From: Candidatus Krumholzibacteriia bacterium
GTDB lineage: Bacteria; Krumholzibacteriota; Krumholzibacteriia; Krumholzibacteriales; Krumholzibacteriaceae
Direction: 5' to 3'
Assembly: GCA_963836185.1 (NCBI GenBank)
Contig: CAWIIQ010000001.1
Location: forward strand, 544,001-608,000
Length of the DNA: 64,000 bases
In this document: piece by piece, positions 10,489-21,318 of the stretch
Layout: each line of letters starts with the position of its first letter
Position numbering within the stretch: position 1 is the first letter of the stretch
The notes under the pieces: generated by a model
Databases searched by the model: none
Seen by the model: only the letters and a program-made list of their open reading frames with translations
Told to the model about the DNA's origin: nothing
Program-made: the position numbers and the translations under genes

Positions 10489-13143
10489 ATGATAGGAAAA
10501 ACTGTATCGCACTACAATATCCTCGAGAAGCTCGGCGAGGGCGGTATGGGCGTGGTCTATCTTGCCGAGGACAACAGGCTGAACCGGAAGGTCGCGCTGA
10601 AGTTCCTGCCGAAACACTTCACATCCGATACTGACGCACGTGAACGTTTCGAACGCGAAGCGCGGGCAGCCGCGGCGTTGAATCATCCCAATATCGTAAC
10701 GGTCTATGACATCGGTGAAGCCGATGGCCAGGTTTTCATGGCGATAGAGCCGGTGGAGGGGCAGACCCTGGCCGATTGCATCTCGGCCGGGCCTCTGCCG
10801 TTCGCCGAAGTACTCGACATAACCCGGCAGATTGCCGAAGGCCTGGGGAAAGCGCATGAAGCGGGCATCGTGCACAGGGATATAAAGCCGTCCAACATCA
10901 TGCTCGACCGCGACGGCAGGGTGAAGATCCTCGATTTCGGCCTGGCGAAACTGAAGGGATCCAGCAAGCTGACCAGAGAGGCCTCGACTCTCGGAACGGT
11001 TCAGTACATGTCACCCGAGCAGGCGCGGGGGGATGAAGTAGACGGGCGAAGCGACATCTGGTCGATCGGCGCCGTCCTCTACGAGATGCTTACGTGCAGG
11101 CAGCCCTTCACAGGGGATTACGACCAGCACGTGATCTATTCGATTCTTAATGAAGAGCCGGAAGCGCCAGGTACGATCCGGAAAGATCTGCCTATCGGTC
11201 TTGAACGGGTTGTAAGGAAAGCTCTGCGGAAGGATCCGGATGAGCGATACCAGGACACAGGCGGGATCATCAGGGACCTGAATGCCGGTGACAGAGAGGG
11301 TGTCGCGAATAGAAGTTCAGGGGGTGCGGTAGTCGCGAAGTGGGTATTCGCGGCAGTCGCCATTGTCACTGCTGCCGTGGTTGTAATAAAGCTGAGTTCC
11401 GGTGATGGCAGCCGCAGGTCCCACGATCCGGTTTCGAGGCAGTTTACTTTTACCGGAGACGCTGAAGATCCGTCGATCAGTCCGGATGGAAAGATGGTCG
11501 CCTTTGCTGCAGGAGGAATGACTCCGGACGGCGCTGTTTACATCAAGGACATAGAGAGCGGATCAAAGGTCAAGATCCTCTCGAGCTCCAGGACTTTCAA
11601 TATTAAATGGGCGCCGGACGGATCGAAGCTGATCTACAGTGAATTCATTTCCGATGAGAACTCGGGGACCTACCTGCTTCCCTGCCTTGGCGGCTCTCCC
11701 CGAATGCTTCTGAGGCTGCCATGGTACTTCATATCATGGGCCCCGGAAGGAGACAGGATCGCCTGTTCCCTGGTAGGCTCCGGCGAGCTTTTTATCCTCG
11801 ATATCGTTTCCGGTGATACAACAGTCGTTCTCCTTGATCAGGATATCGGAGAGATAGAGGATATCGACTGGTCCCCGTCGGGAGAGGAGATTCTGCTGCA
11901 GGGGAACGATCATGAGATGATGTCGCTCTGGACGGTCGAACCGGATGGAAGAGGTCTGACCAGGCTGTTCGAGATAGACCAGGCAAGCGGCTTCTTCCTG
12001 GGAAATCCGAGATGGTCCCCGTGCGGGGATGCGATCTACTACCTCGAGACCGGGATAAGGGGTCAATTCATCTCCGACCTGATGAAAGTCGGCTATGACA
12101 GGAGCGAAAGACTGCTTGATGGTGAATCGAAGACAGTTCTAAGCAACCTTTCCGTAGTGAATATCCCCGGATTAGATATTTCATATTCGATCTCTGACGA
12201 TGGGAAAAGACTCGTCTTTGAACAGAGGTCCGAGAGGATGGATCTGTGGATGATGAGGGCGGAAGGCGAGGGGGAAGAGGTACAGTGGAAGACCAGGCGT
12301 CTCACCAATTCGACGATGCTGAAGACGAAACCCAGCCTTTCTCCAGACGGGGGAATGGTAACATTCGCGATGGGAAACGAAAGATCGTTCGATATCTATA
12401 CGCTTGCGCTTCCCGCAAACCACGATGAACCGGTCGCCGAACCGGTCAGGCTCACCTATCTCGAATCTAACAGCGACCTTCCGGCTTATTCTCCCGACGG
12501 CAAAGAGATAGCGTTCTACTCGATGGACGATGACATCATGAGGATCTGGCGGGTCGATGCCGGGGGCGGCACCCCCAGGCCATGGACTTCCTCTAGGGGA
12601 AGCATGATGGACCAGGAACTTACCTGGTCCCCCGGTGAGAAGATTATTTACAGAGCTGGAAAATTCAACAATTACAGGATCCTTGATCCTTCCACTGGCG
12701 AGGAATCGGACCTTATCGAAACTGAGTTCAAGGGGGCATATACGTTCAGCCCCCAGTGGTCCAACAGGCGGGACCGGGTGGCACTGTTCCAGAATGTGAT
12801 TACAGAGACTTCCCAGGAGATGAGGATCTATCTGTTGTCACTGTCAGACGGGAATTACAGCTCGATATCGGGCGCCATGTATTATCCTGTTGGATGGTCA
12901 TCTGATGACAGATCAATATTTGTATTGAATTTTCCGGAGGACTGGAGCAACGCGGGCGAGATGTTTGTCTTTCGGATGGACCCCGTGGATGGCAGCACCG
13001 AGGAACATGCACCGGTCCGATTCGCTCCTAACGAGGTAAGGGAGCTCGTCATCTCTCCGGACGGCCGCACGATAGTATTTCTGCACAGGATAACCTCGAC
13101 GGATATCTGGCTCGTCGAGGATTTCGATCCGGGAATAGAGTGA
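10489..13143 (+). CDS. Hanks-type Ser/Thr protein kinase with TM and TolB-like (PD40) beta-propeller sensor domain
   Basis: GEGGMGVVY, VALK, HRDIKPSN, DFG, YMSPEQ; TM around aa 280-300; repeated SPDG motifs. Confidence 0.95.
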   Translation: MIGKTVSHYNILEKLGEGGMGVVYLAEDNRLNRKVALKFLPKHFTSDTDARERFEREARAAAALNHPNIVTVYDIGEADGQVFMAIEPVEGQTLADCISAGPLPFAEVLDITRQIAEGLGKAHEAGIVHRDIKPSNIMLDRDGRVKILDFGLAKLKGSSKLTREASTLGTVQYMSPEQARGDEVDGRSDIWSIGAVLYEMLTCRQPFTGDYDQHVIYSILNEEPEAPGTIRKDLPIGLERVVRKALRKDPDERYQDTGGIIRDLNAGDREGVANRSSGGAVVAKWVFAAVAIVTAAVVVIKLSSGDGSRRSHDPVSRQFTFTGDAEDPSISPDGKMVAFAAGGMTPDGAVYIKDIESGSKVKILSSSRTFNIKWAPDGSKLIYSEFISDENSGTYLLPCLGGSPRMLLRLPWYFISWAPEGDRIACSLVGSGELFILDIVSGDTTVVLLDQDIGEIEDIDWSPSGEEILLQGNDHEMMSLWTVEPDGRGLTRLFEIDQASGFFLGNPRWSPCGDAIYYLETGIRGQFISDLMKVGYDRSERLLDGESKTVLSNLSVVNIPGLDISYSISDDGKRLVFEQRSERMDLWMMRAEGEGEEVQWKTRRLTNSTMLKTKPSLSPDGGMVTFAMGNERSFDIYTLALPANHDEPVAEPVRLTYLESNSDLPAYSPDGKEIAFYSMDDDIMRIWRVDAGGGTPRPWTSSRGSMMDQELTWSPGEKIIYRAGKFNNYRILDPSTGEESDLIETEFKGAYTFSPQWSNRRDRVALFQNVITETSQEMRIYLLSLSDGNYSSISGAMYYPVGWSSDDRSIFVLNFPEDWSNAGEMFVFRMDPVDGSTEEHAPVRFAPNEVRELVISPDGRTIVFLHRITSTDIWLVEDFDPGIE

Positions 13144-13239
13144 TCCGGATAAAGTGCCGCACCTCATTAAGATTGAATCGACACCCATTTCATAGTAGAA
13201 TGAGCCCGATATATTCAACGGCTCTTTCCGGGGGAAATT

Positions 13240-14736
13240 ATGAAAATCATCATCAGCCTTCTGGTGGTATTTATCATGTTATCGGTCCTTGTATGGATCG
13301 GATGCAGCAGCGATTCGGGCGTCACAGATCCGGTCGGCGGCGGAAACGGCGGCGGGGACGCAGATACACTCGCTCCGGTGGTCAATGTCACAAGCCCGTC
13401 TGACGGATCAGGTCTGCCCGCCTCGCTCAGCATCACCGGTACGGCGACCGATGATTCGGTAGTCGATACGGTCTTTTTCGAGGCGCGCGACCTCTGCGGT
13501 CAGACTCTCTGGTCGGAGCTGGACCTGGATTCTCCCTACGCTGCGACGTGGGACGCGAGCGGAGTCCAGGACGGTGGCTACCGTATCTGCATGGCGGCGG
13601 TCGACTCGGCCGGCAACATGTCGGACTGGTCATCCGTGGATGTCACAAAGGGGACGACGACCGCCCAGATAACCGGGTTCTCACCCTCGGCTGTGTACAT
13701 CGGGAGGAGCATCGGGGCGGTGGGTAGCGGCTTCGGGCCCGACAACGGCAACGGCCGTGTGACGGTCTTCGGGATTGAGGCGACGGTGGAGTCATGGACC
13801 GATACCCTCGTTACATTCACTGTACCGGCGGGTGTTCCCGTAGATGCCGGTATGAGCATGGAGATACTGGCGAACTGCCGCTGGCGGATAACGGGGCAGA
13901 TCGAGGTCCTTCCAGACCGGGTAACCCGGATTACAAACGATAACTCAATGGTGGAATATCCCTGCTGGAACGCAGATGGGTCTATGATCTATTTCTGCAT
14001 GGCGACAGGGACAAACTGGGATATCTGGCGGATGGATGCCGATGGCAGCAACTGGCGGCAGGTGACCTTCTACCCCGAGGCTGATTTCATGCCGGACATC
14101 AAGCCTTCGACGGGAGAGATGGCCTGGATGTCGAGGAGGGGCGTAGAAGGTGAATACGATATCTTTCACGGGTTCCTGATAGCTGAGCCCCCGGGAAATG
14201 CAGTCTGGGAAGGGCCGATAACCGCCGACAACGATCTGAACAGGGCGCCCGCATATGCGAACCAGGTATACATGGGGTATTCCATGGTCTATGGACAGTT
14301 CTACGACCCTGACGATGATGGTTATGCGGTACCGACGATATTCCTCTGGGGTTCGACAGGCGGCGCTGAAGAACTTGTCGAGGGGGACAATCCGGCTTTC
14401 ACATATAATGGCAGATGGGTCGTTTTCCAGGACGAAGATCACGACATAGCCAGGATCGAGGTGGGGGGAAGCGGCGAACCGGAAAAGCTGACCACTGGAT
14501 TCGCCGACTACAATCCCCATGTCGGGTGGCAGAACGACAAGATAGTATTTACCCGCGGCAGTATGAACGGATACCGTGGTCTCTGTGTCATCAATCTCGA
14601 CGGGACCGGGTTCGAGGTCCTGCTCGACCAGAGATGGGACCAGTATGACGCCGCCTGGTCGCCCGACTGCACGAAGATCGTTTTTACCGGGCACAGGATG
14701 GGTCGATCCGATATATATGTTTACGAGGTCCCGTAG
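13240..14736 (+). CDS. Lipoprotein with Ig-like, IPT/TIG and TolB-like propeller domains
   Basis: Lipobox WIGC, DTLAPVVNVTSP Ig motif, GSGFG..SWTDT IPT motif, WSPD repeats. Confidence 0.8.
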   Translation: MKIIISLLVVFIMLSVLVWIGCSSDSGVTDPVGGGNGGGDADTLAPVVNVTSPSDGSGLPASLSITGTATDDSVVDTVFFEARDLCGQTLWSELDLDSPYAATWDASGVQDGGYRICMAAVDSAGNMSDWSSVDVTKGTTTAQITGFSPSAVYIGRSIGAVGSGFGPDNGNGRVTVFGIEATVESWTDTLVTFTVPAGVPVDAGMSMEILANCRWRITGQIEVLPDRVTRITNDNSMVEYPCWNADGSMIYFCMATGTNWDIWRMDADGSNWRQVTFYPEADFMPDIKPSTGEMAWMSRRGVEGEYDIFHGFLIAEPPGNAVWEGPITADNDLNRAPAYANQVYMGYSMVYGQFYDPDDDGYAVPTIFLWGSTGGAEELVEGDNPAFTYNGRWVVFQDEDHDIARIEVGGSGEPEKLTTGFADYNPHVGWQNDKIVFTRGSMNGYRGLCVINLDGTGFEVLLDQRWDQYDAAWSPDCTKIVFTGHRMGRSDIYVYEVP

Positions 14737-14775
14737 ACCGGCAGACAGGTTTATCAACCGATATCCCGGAGGCCC

Positions 14776-15843
14776 ATGGATCTGTACGAAAACGGCGCAG
14801 TATCAGCCCCTTCCGTGAAGAAGGTCCGGCAGGGCGTGCGCCTCTTCCTCGTCCTTACCGTACTGGGCCTGGTCTTTGTCCTGTACAGGTCCTCATTCGC
14901 CGGGAGTATTGAGAGCCTCTCCGGATTCAGGTGGCAGTACCTGGCGCTCGCGCTTGGACTGGTCCTTTTCGACTGGGTCCTGGCCGGCCTTCGCATATAT
15001 GTCTTCGCAGTAAAACTCCAGCCGGGGATCTCATACATCGGGTGCGTCCGCGCCGGCCTCGCGAACATCTTCATGGGGGGCATCACTCCTTCCCAGACTG
15101 GAGGAGGGCCGGGTCAGATATATATGCTGTACAAGGAAGGGATGCCTGTCTTCGACGCGATGGTCGTCAGTTTCCTGAGCGCATTTCTTGGAACCGTGCT
15201 CTTTCTGCCCCTGTGCAGCCTCTTCTTTCTCGTCTTTTTCGAGCCCGTCGCCGTCGACTTCCGTCTTCACTACCTGCTTTCGGGATCGTTCGCGATATTC
15301 CTGTTTTTTATCGCCCTCGCGATCGCCGGGCTGGTCGCTCCGGGATTCGTGAAGCGGTCGGTGAGGTTTGCCGCCGGATTGATACCGCCGCTGGACCGCT
15401 GGCTCGAACGAAAAGGATATCTCGAGGCAGCGGACAGGCTCGTCGAACGCTACCATACGATGATGAAGTTCTTCCTCGAGAGGGGGAAGTCGGCGTTCGC
15501 CGCGGGATTCATCCTCTCGGCTGCGATCTATATAAACAAGTTTACCATAGCCTGGGTCGTACTGCGGGGGATGGGGATCACAGTGCCTTACCTCGAGGTG
15601 ATATACACCCAGCTTGTCCTGATAATGATCTTCTACTTCGCTCCGTCGCCCGGCGCGGCGGGCCTCGCCGAGATAAGCGCCGCCGAGGTGATGAAAGGGA
15701 TCGTTCCCGCGCAGTACATCGGCGCTTACGTTCTTCTGTGGAGACTCTTTACGCTGTTGATCGGCCTCGGGGCGGGCGCGCTGGTTATGATGCGAGCTTT
15801 CTACAGGAGCCGGAAGGAACGGCCGCCGGCGGATATCGGCTAA
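14776..15843 (+). CDS. Lysylphosphatidylglycerol synthase TM-domain (UPF0104, flippase-like) membrane protein
   Basis: ITPSQTGG, PSPGAAGLAE and LLWRLFT motifs; multi-TM. Confidence 0.85.
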   Translation: MDLYENGAVSAPSVKKVRQGVRLFLVLTVLGLVFVLYRSSFAGSIESLSGFRWQYLALALGLVLFDWVLAGLRIYVFAVKLQPGISYIGCVRAGLANIFMGGITPSQTGGGPGQIYMLYKEGMPVFDAMVVSFLSAFLGTVLFLPLCSLFFLVFFEPVAVDFRLHYLLSGSFAIFLFFIALAIAGLVAPGFVKRSVRFAAGLIPPLDRWLERKGYLEAADRLVERYHTMMKFFLERGKSAFAAGFILSAAIYINKFTIAWVVLRGMGITVPYLEVIYTQLVLIMIFYFAPSPGAAGLAEISAAEVMKGIVPAQYIGAYVLLWRLFTLLIGLGAGALVMMRAFYRSRKERPPADIG

Positions 15844-15889
15844 CGGAAATAACCAACAGTACTTGTAAGCAATTATCGTCGTTTTTCTG

Positions 15890-15918
15890 TTGAAAAACGA
15901 TTCTTCTTCTGGTATCAT
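15890..15918 (+). promoter_or_regulatory. Sigma70-type promoter
   Basis: TTGAAA-N17-TATCAT. Confidence 0.55.
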
Positions 15919-16126
15919 TCCGCCCGTTAAAGCGGCTTTTATTTACAGGCCAGTTCTGGCAAAAAATCGTGATTCGTATTGTGTGGATCTGATGCACTGG
16001 TGGGCTGAAACCGGTGTCAGATCCAAGAGGTGAGGTGTGTCCTGAACAAGAGCTATACCCGATCCTGTGAAATGTATTATCCAACGTGACTTGTCACCAA
16101 ACCGACTTCGTGGAGGGGAAATCACC

Positions 16127-17557
16127 ATGAAAAGATTCTTCGCTCTCATAACGCTTCTAGTCCTTGTATCCGTATCCTGCAGCAATGAGGATGTTGTAGA
16201 TCCTCTCGATAACGCGGGTTCGGCGGCGGTCAGCCTCGATCCGGAATTCATCGCCAGCGAACTGATCGCCCAGACTGGCTGGCCCGACGCGGACGACCAG
16301 ATGCGCCTGCCGGAAGGATGCGGGAATATCATCGACATCGAGCGAGAGGAGATCCTTCCTGGTATCGTACACTACAGCTATCTGCTCAAGATCGGTGAGG
16401 GGGAGTACGATTTTATCAAGCTCCATCGCGTCGTGAAGGAGTCCAGACCATACAAGCCGATCAAAACATGCAAGAATGTCTTCTTCCAGCATGGAGACGG
16501 AGTGGGATTCGAGGGAATGGTCCTTTACGGGGTCAACGCTCCCAGCGTTCCTTTGGAACAGTCCATGGCTGTCTATATGGCGCAGAACGAAATCGATTTC
16601 TGGGGGATCGACCAGAACTGGATCCTCATTCCGCAGGAGACGACAGATTTCGGCTTCGCGGAAGGCTGGGGTATCCAGAACCAGGTCGAGAATCTCGACA
16701 TCGCGCTGTCCATCGCCAGGTTTACGCGCCTCATGACGGGATGCGGCCCGGGTAAGATGAATCTTATGGGTTACAGCAGCGGCGTATGGACGAGCTATGC
16801 CTACTTAAGCTGGGAGACGCAGAAGAAAGCCCAGTTCAGGAACGTTGGCGGATATATCCCTGTTGACGGAGTGTTCAAGACGGATGACGAATATATGATC
16901 GGTATATTAAGCACATTTTCTGCCATGTACCGGATGAACTATGAGGGCGGGCAGTATGTAACTCCTGTGCCTTTCGGACCCGCAGGATATCTGGCGATGA
17001 CAGATCCGGATGGCGATTCGCCGCTTGCCCCGGGATTCACCAATTACCTGGTCGGGATGGTGTTCGGCGCCGCGACTCACATGTTCTCCCCCTACACTCC
17101 CACGTTTCACTACGTCGCCGGAACATTCGATCCCGTGACGAGCATGCCGGACGGGTTCCAGTTCACCACGGATCAGAAATGGTTCGAGTTTATCGTGTCC
17201 GCTGCTTCGTATGAGTCGATTCTGTTCCAGATCGAATATATGGAGCTTGCTGCCGATTCGTATGATATGCCGTTTGACGATTATCTCGGCGATGTGACGG
17301 TCCCGATATTTAACGTCGGAGCGGGGGGAGGACTGGGTTACTACAGTGAGTATACTCTGTCACTTCTCGGCAGTACTGATGTGACGAGCCTTATTGTCGC
17401 ACTCTATCCGCATGAGTACGGGATAATCGACTTCGGTCATATCGACATCTTCATCGCGGACAACGCGCAGAGCCTTATCTGGACGCCTGTTCGCGACTGG
17501 ATCGTCGACCATTCGTGCCGGCAGGGTAAGGGAGACCGGAACCGGGCCAAGGAATGA
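16127..17557 (+). CDS. Lipoprotein, alpha/beta-hydrolase fold
   Basis: RBS GGAGGGG, lipobox VSVSC, HG oxyanion region, GYSSG nucleophile elbow, C-terminal FGHID. Confidence 0.75.
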   Translation: MKRFFALITLLVLVSVSCSNEDVVDPLDNAGSAAVSLDPEFIASELIAQTGWPDADDQMRLPEGCGNIIDIEREEILPGIVHYSYLLKIGEGEYDFIKLHRVVKESRPYKPIKTCKNVFFQHGDGVGFEGMVLYGVNAPSVPLEQSMAVYMAQNEIDFWGIDQNWILIPQETTDFGFAEGWGIQNQVENLDIALSIARFTRLMTGCGPGKMNLMGYSSGVWTSYAYLSWETQKKAQFRNVGGYIPVDGVFKTDDEYMIGILSTFSAMYRMNYEGGQYVTPVPFGPAGYLAMTDPDGDSPLAPGFTNYLVGMVFGAATHMFSPYTPTFHYVAGTFDPVTSMPDGFQFTTDQKWFEFIVSAASYESILFQIEYMELAADSYDMPFDDYLGDVTVPIFNVGAGGGLGYYSEYTLSLLGSTDVTSLIVALYPHEYGIIDFGHIDIFIADNAQSLIWTPVRDWIVDHSCRQGKGDRNRAKE

Positions 17558-17608
17558 TCGATCATTGAATAGATGCCCCATGGAACCATGTCACCCTGGC
17601 GGGCATTG

Positions 17609-17646
17609 AAAAAGCCCCCTCTGGATATTTCCGGAGGGGGCTTTCT
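17609..17646. terminator. Bidirectional intrinsic terminator
   Basis: AAAAAGCCCCCTCTGGA-TATT-TCCGGAGGGGGCTTTCT between convergent genes. Confidence 0.8.
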
Positions 17647-17783
17647 TCCGCGGGCTGACCGCCGCTGCTGCCGGCGGCCCCTGCTTCGCTCAGCGATCTT
17701 GCTGCTTCGCTGTCCTGTAAACGGCCACCAGACGGGTGGGGCCGGAAAGCCCTGTCCGCCCGGCGGCCAAAATAATCAGATCA

Positions 17784-20700
17784 TCAGCTCTTGTCGGGAT
17801 CCACGGGCTTCTTCCATATCTGCTTCGGAGGATCCTCGGCGATCTTGTTCATCAGGTACTCGATCGTCTTTTCGAGCTGCGGGTCCTTTCCGCTCACGAC
17901 TTCGTCGGGCATGTTCTCGACTTCGATATCGGGAGCGACTCCAAAGCCCTCGACCTCATATTCTCCACTGGGATCCATGAACCCTACCGTCGGGACGGTG
18001 AGATATCCGCCGTCCACGAGAGGGGTGTTCCGGTTCATGCCCACGAGGCCGCCCCACGTGCGTTTACCTACCAGGGGACCGAGTCCGGCCTGGCGGAACA
18101 TGTAGGGGAAAGCGTCTCCGCCGGAACCGGCATACTCGTTTATCACGCAGGCGAGGTGCCCGGTCGGCCCGCTCATCGGGAACCTGCGGACTATGCCGTA
18201 CCGTGATCCCCAGAGGCTCTTGAGTTCCCTGCCGAGCCTGTCGACAAAGAGGGAGGGCATCCAGCCGCCGCTGTTGTAGCGGACGTCGATGACGATTCCG
18301 TCCATGTTGGCCTGCGGGAAGAACTGCCTGCCGAACTCGTACAGGCCTGTGATGGCTGTGCTCGGTACGTGGACGTAGCCGATCTTTCCGTCTGAGGCTG
18401 CGAGACATTTCTGCCTGTTGCCTTCGACCCAGTCCTCGTACCTGAGGCCGATGTCGGCACCTGTCGGCACGACTGTCCATTCCTTGGCGTCCTTGCCGTC
18501 CGCTTCCTTGCTGACTTTAAGTACGGTCTGATGACCAGTAGTGTTGGCAAGCAGGTCGAACGGGTTGGTGGGGTACTTCAGCTCCTGGCCGTTGATCGCG
18601 ATAAGGTAGTCACCCTCGCTGATATCGATGCCGGGCTGATTGAGGGGCGCCTTGAACAGGGGCTCCCAGTTGCGGCCCTTGTATATCTTCGAGATCTGGT
18701 ACCGGCCATTTTTTCCGACCTCGAAATCGCATCCGAGCTTGCCGTTCGACACTCTCGGGCTCCTCGGGTAGTAATCTCCGCCGCCGACGTACGAGTGGCC
18801 GATGTTGAGCTCGGCGATCATCTCTCCGATTATATAGTTGAGATCATCCCTCGTCGTCAGATAGGGGAGAAGCGCTTCGTAGCGTTTCTTGATCTTCTTC
18901 CAGTTGACGCCGTGCATGTTCTCGACATAGAAGAAGTCGCGCTCGAACCTCCAGGCCTCGGTGAACATCTGTTTCCACTCTTCCATCGGGTCGAGCTTCA
19001 TCCTGAGGTTCGCCGTATTGATCTTGTCGTCACCGACCTTCTTGCCGGGGGCGATATCGATGATGCCGTACTGGCCCATGGCCGAGTAGATCAGCTTCTT
19101 GCCGTCGGCCGAGACATCGTATCCGTTGATCCCCGAGATGACGGTCTTCGACTCGCGCTTCTTGAGGTCGTAATACTTGATGGTGCCGGAGAACTGGCCG
19201 TTGGGCGGCCCGTAGGTCATGTTCGGGCCGGAGAAGGTCGCATAGAGGAGCTTGTCTTCGAGACCGACGAGGCCTGCGATGTTGCCCGGTCCTATAGGCA
19301 AAACGACCAGCCTGTCGCCGAGCCCGTCGAGGTCTATCTCCCAGGCCTTGTCTTCCTCGGCCTCTTCTTCCTTGTCTCCGTCCTTCTTGTCCTTGCCGTT
19401 TTCCTCGTCGGCTTTTTCATCCTTCTTTTCTTCGTCGCCCTTCTCTTCCTCCTTCTCCTCTTTCTTCACCTCGATCTCGTCGCTCTCAGGCGCGAGAAGG
19501 GAAGGAGTGTCGGCCTTGAGCGTGAGGGCACATACTACTGAAGCTGATTCATAGCCGATATCAAACTCGAAATTATTGAACGTCCAGTTGATCGATCGGT
19601 CGGACATGAAGTAGAGATACTTCCCGCCCGGATCAAAGGACGGACCATAGTCGTTGTGCATGTCGCCGGTCACTTTGTGCGCGACACCTTCGTCAATGTT
19701 GTAAAGGTAGATCGATGAGAACCCGGCCTCGTTGTTCTTAGTGTAGGCGATCCACTTCGAGTCGCCGGCCCATGTGTAACTGTTGATGTCAAAAAGAGGA
19801 TCCTCGTCGATCACGACGATCTTCTTCGCGTCGATGTCTACGTAGTAGAGCTGGTACGACTCGTCGTGGAAGAGGATCTTCTCGCTGTCAGGCGACCAGT
19901 AGATGAGCCATGGGAAGTTGCCCAGGCCCTTTGTTATCTGGTTCTCTTCGCCTGTGCCGTCCGACTTCATCGTGTAGATCTCGTATTCGCCTGATTTGTC
20001 GGAGAGGTAAGCAACCCACTTTCCATCGGGCGAATACGCGGGGCTGCGTTCGCGTACACCAGATGTGTTAGTAAGGTTGCGTACCTCCCCCTTCTCGGCG
20101 GGAACTGTGAATATTTCACCTCTCGCGCCGAAAATAGCTCTTTTGCCGGTACTCGAGACGTTGAAATACCTTATGTTGCGGGAGGCATTGACGTATCGTG
20201 TCCTGCGCCATGAATGATCGCTCGGTATCGTTACCTTGATCCTGTTCGACTTCCCCGTATTCAGGTCAAGTACGTAGAGATAGCCGCCGTTCTCGTAGAC
20301 GATAGAGTCGCCGCCGAGACTCGGGAATTTTACGTCGTATTCATTATGATTTGTGATCTTCTTGATCTCGCGGGTCGCAAGGTCGAGTGAGAAGATGTTC
20401 ATCGTGTGATCACGGTCCGAAATGAAGTAGATCTTGTCTCCGTGCCACATCGGGAAGGCGTCGGTGCCTTCGAACTCGGTCAGTTTGGCCGATTCGTTCT
20501 TCTCAAAATCGTAGAGCCAGATATCCTGGGCCATTCCGCCCTTGTACCTCTTCCAGGTCCGGAACTCACGGCTCATCCTGTTGTATGCGATCTTCTTTCC
20601 GTCAGCTGAATATGAGGTGAGCTCTCCTTCGAAGAGGGGAAGCGCCTCGGGGTATCCGCCCCCGGTGCCGATAGTGAAGAGCTTCCTGTAGCGCGGGCCG

Positions 20701-21110
20701 GGATTGGTCTTCGACTCGCGGATCGAGCGAAAGAGGATCTTGTCGCCCTTCGGGTGCCAGTCGACGACGAGGTCGCCGGATGAGTGATACGTAAGCCGCT
20801 TCGGGATCCCGCCGGTTACGGGGATCGTGTATATATCCTGGTTTCCGTCATAACTTCCTGAAAATGCCAGTGTCGCGCCGTCGGGAGAGAATTTCGCGAA
20901 TCCCTCGCCTCCGGTGTGTGTTGTAAGGCGCGTCGCCGTTCCGCCAGCGGACGGGACGGTCCAGATGTCTCCAGCATAAGTGAAGACGATGAGTTCCCCG
21001 TGGATGTCGGGGAATCGCATGAGCCGGCTTTCCTCGGTCACGGCATACACGTCTGCCGCCGTCAGAAGGACAGCCACCATTGCCAGGGCCAGTAATCCTC
21101 GCTTACCCAT
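17784..21110 (-). CDS. Tricorn protease (S41B) with beta-propellers and PDZ domain
   Basis: LMRFPDIHG, TWKRYKGG, ELNIGHSY, DVRYNSGG, AGSGGD, GKRTWGG motifs; signal peptide. Confidence 0.95.
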   Translation of the reverse strand: MGKRGLLALAMVAVLLTAADVYAVTEESRLMRFPDIHGELIVFTYAGDIWTVPSAGGTATRLTTHTGGEGFAKFSPDGATLAFSGSYDGNQDIYTIPVTGGIPKRLTYHSSGDLVVDWHPKGDKILFRSIRESKTNPGPRYRKLFTIGTGGGYPEALPLFEGELTSYSADGKKIAYNRMSREFRTWKRYKGGMAQDIWLYDFEKNESAKLTEFEGTDAFPMWHGDKIYFISDRDHTMNIFSLDLATREIKKITNHNEYDVKFPSLGGDSIVYENGGYLYVLDLNTGKSNRIKVTIPSDHSWRRTRYVNASRNIRYFNVSSTGKRAIFGARGEIFTVPAEKGEVRNLTNTSGVRERSPAYSPDGKWVAYLSDKSGEYEIYTMKSDGTGEENQITKGLGNFPWLIYWSPDSEKILFHDESYQLYYVDIDAKKIVVIDEDPLFDINSYTWAGDSKWIAYTKNNEAGFSSIYLYNIDEGVAHKVTGDMHNDYGPSFDPGGKYLYFMSDRSINWTFNNFEFDIGYESASVVCALTLKADTPSLLAPESDEIEVKKEEKEEEKGDEEKKDEKADEENGKDKKDGDKEEEAEEDKAWEIDLDGLGDRLVVLPIGPGNIAGLVGLEDKLLYATFSGPNMTYGPPNGQFSGTIKYYDLKKRESKTVISGINGYDVSADGKKLIYSAMGQYGIIDIAPGKKVGDDKINTANLRMKLDPMEEWKQMFTEAWRFERDFFYVENMHGVNWKKIKKRYEALLPYLTTRDDLNYIIGEMIAELNIGHSYVGGGDYYPRSPRVSNGKLGCDFEVGKNGRYQISKIYKGRNWEPLFKAPLNQPGIDISEGDYLIAINGQELKYPTNPFDLLANTTGHQTVLKVSKEADGKDAKEWTVVPTGADIGLRYEDWVEGNRQKCLAASDGKIGYVHVPSTAITGLYEFGRQFFPQANMDGIVIDVRYNSGGWMPSLFVDRLGRELKSLWGSRYGIVRRFPMSGPTGHLACVINEYAGSGGDAFPYMFRQAGLGPLVGKRTWGGLVGMNRNTPLVDGGYLTVPTVGFMDPSGEYEVEGFGVAPDIEVENMPDEVVSGKDPQLEKTIEYLMNKIAEDPPKQIWKKPVDPDKS

Positions 21111-21318
21111 CAGGATCTCCTTTCAGGGGTAAAGAGAAAAGGGTGACTAAATGATTCATTCAAATCCAGTAACCTGTTGTTTGATATGACATTAAGACAG
21201 GACAACCCCGTAGACCGCCCCGCTCTTTAACAAAGGCACGCCAGTGCCGATATCTATACTACTTGTAGAGGGGTAAATAGTTTCAATTTTTTGCGATATA
21301 GTGAAACCGATGGCTGTT

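Noticed and set aside
15985-16025. Hammerhead ribozyme (CTGATG...GAAA)
   Set aside because: The core reads CUGAUGC, not CUGANGA, there is no valid stem II, and the segment folds better as a single hairpin.
19360-19480. Low-complexity CT-rich repeat
   Set aside because: It encodes the usual Lys/Glu-rich linker of tricorn proteases.
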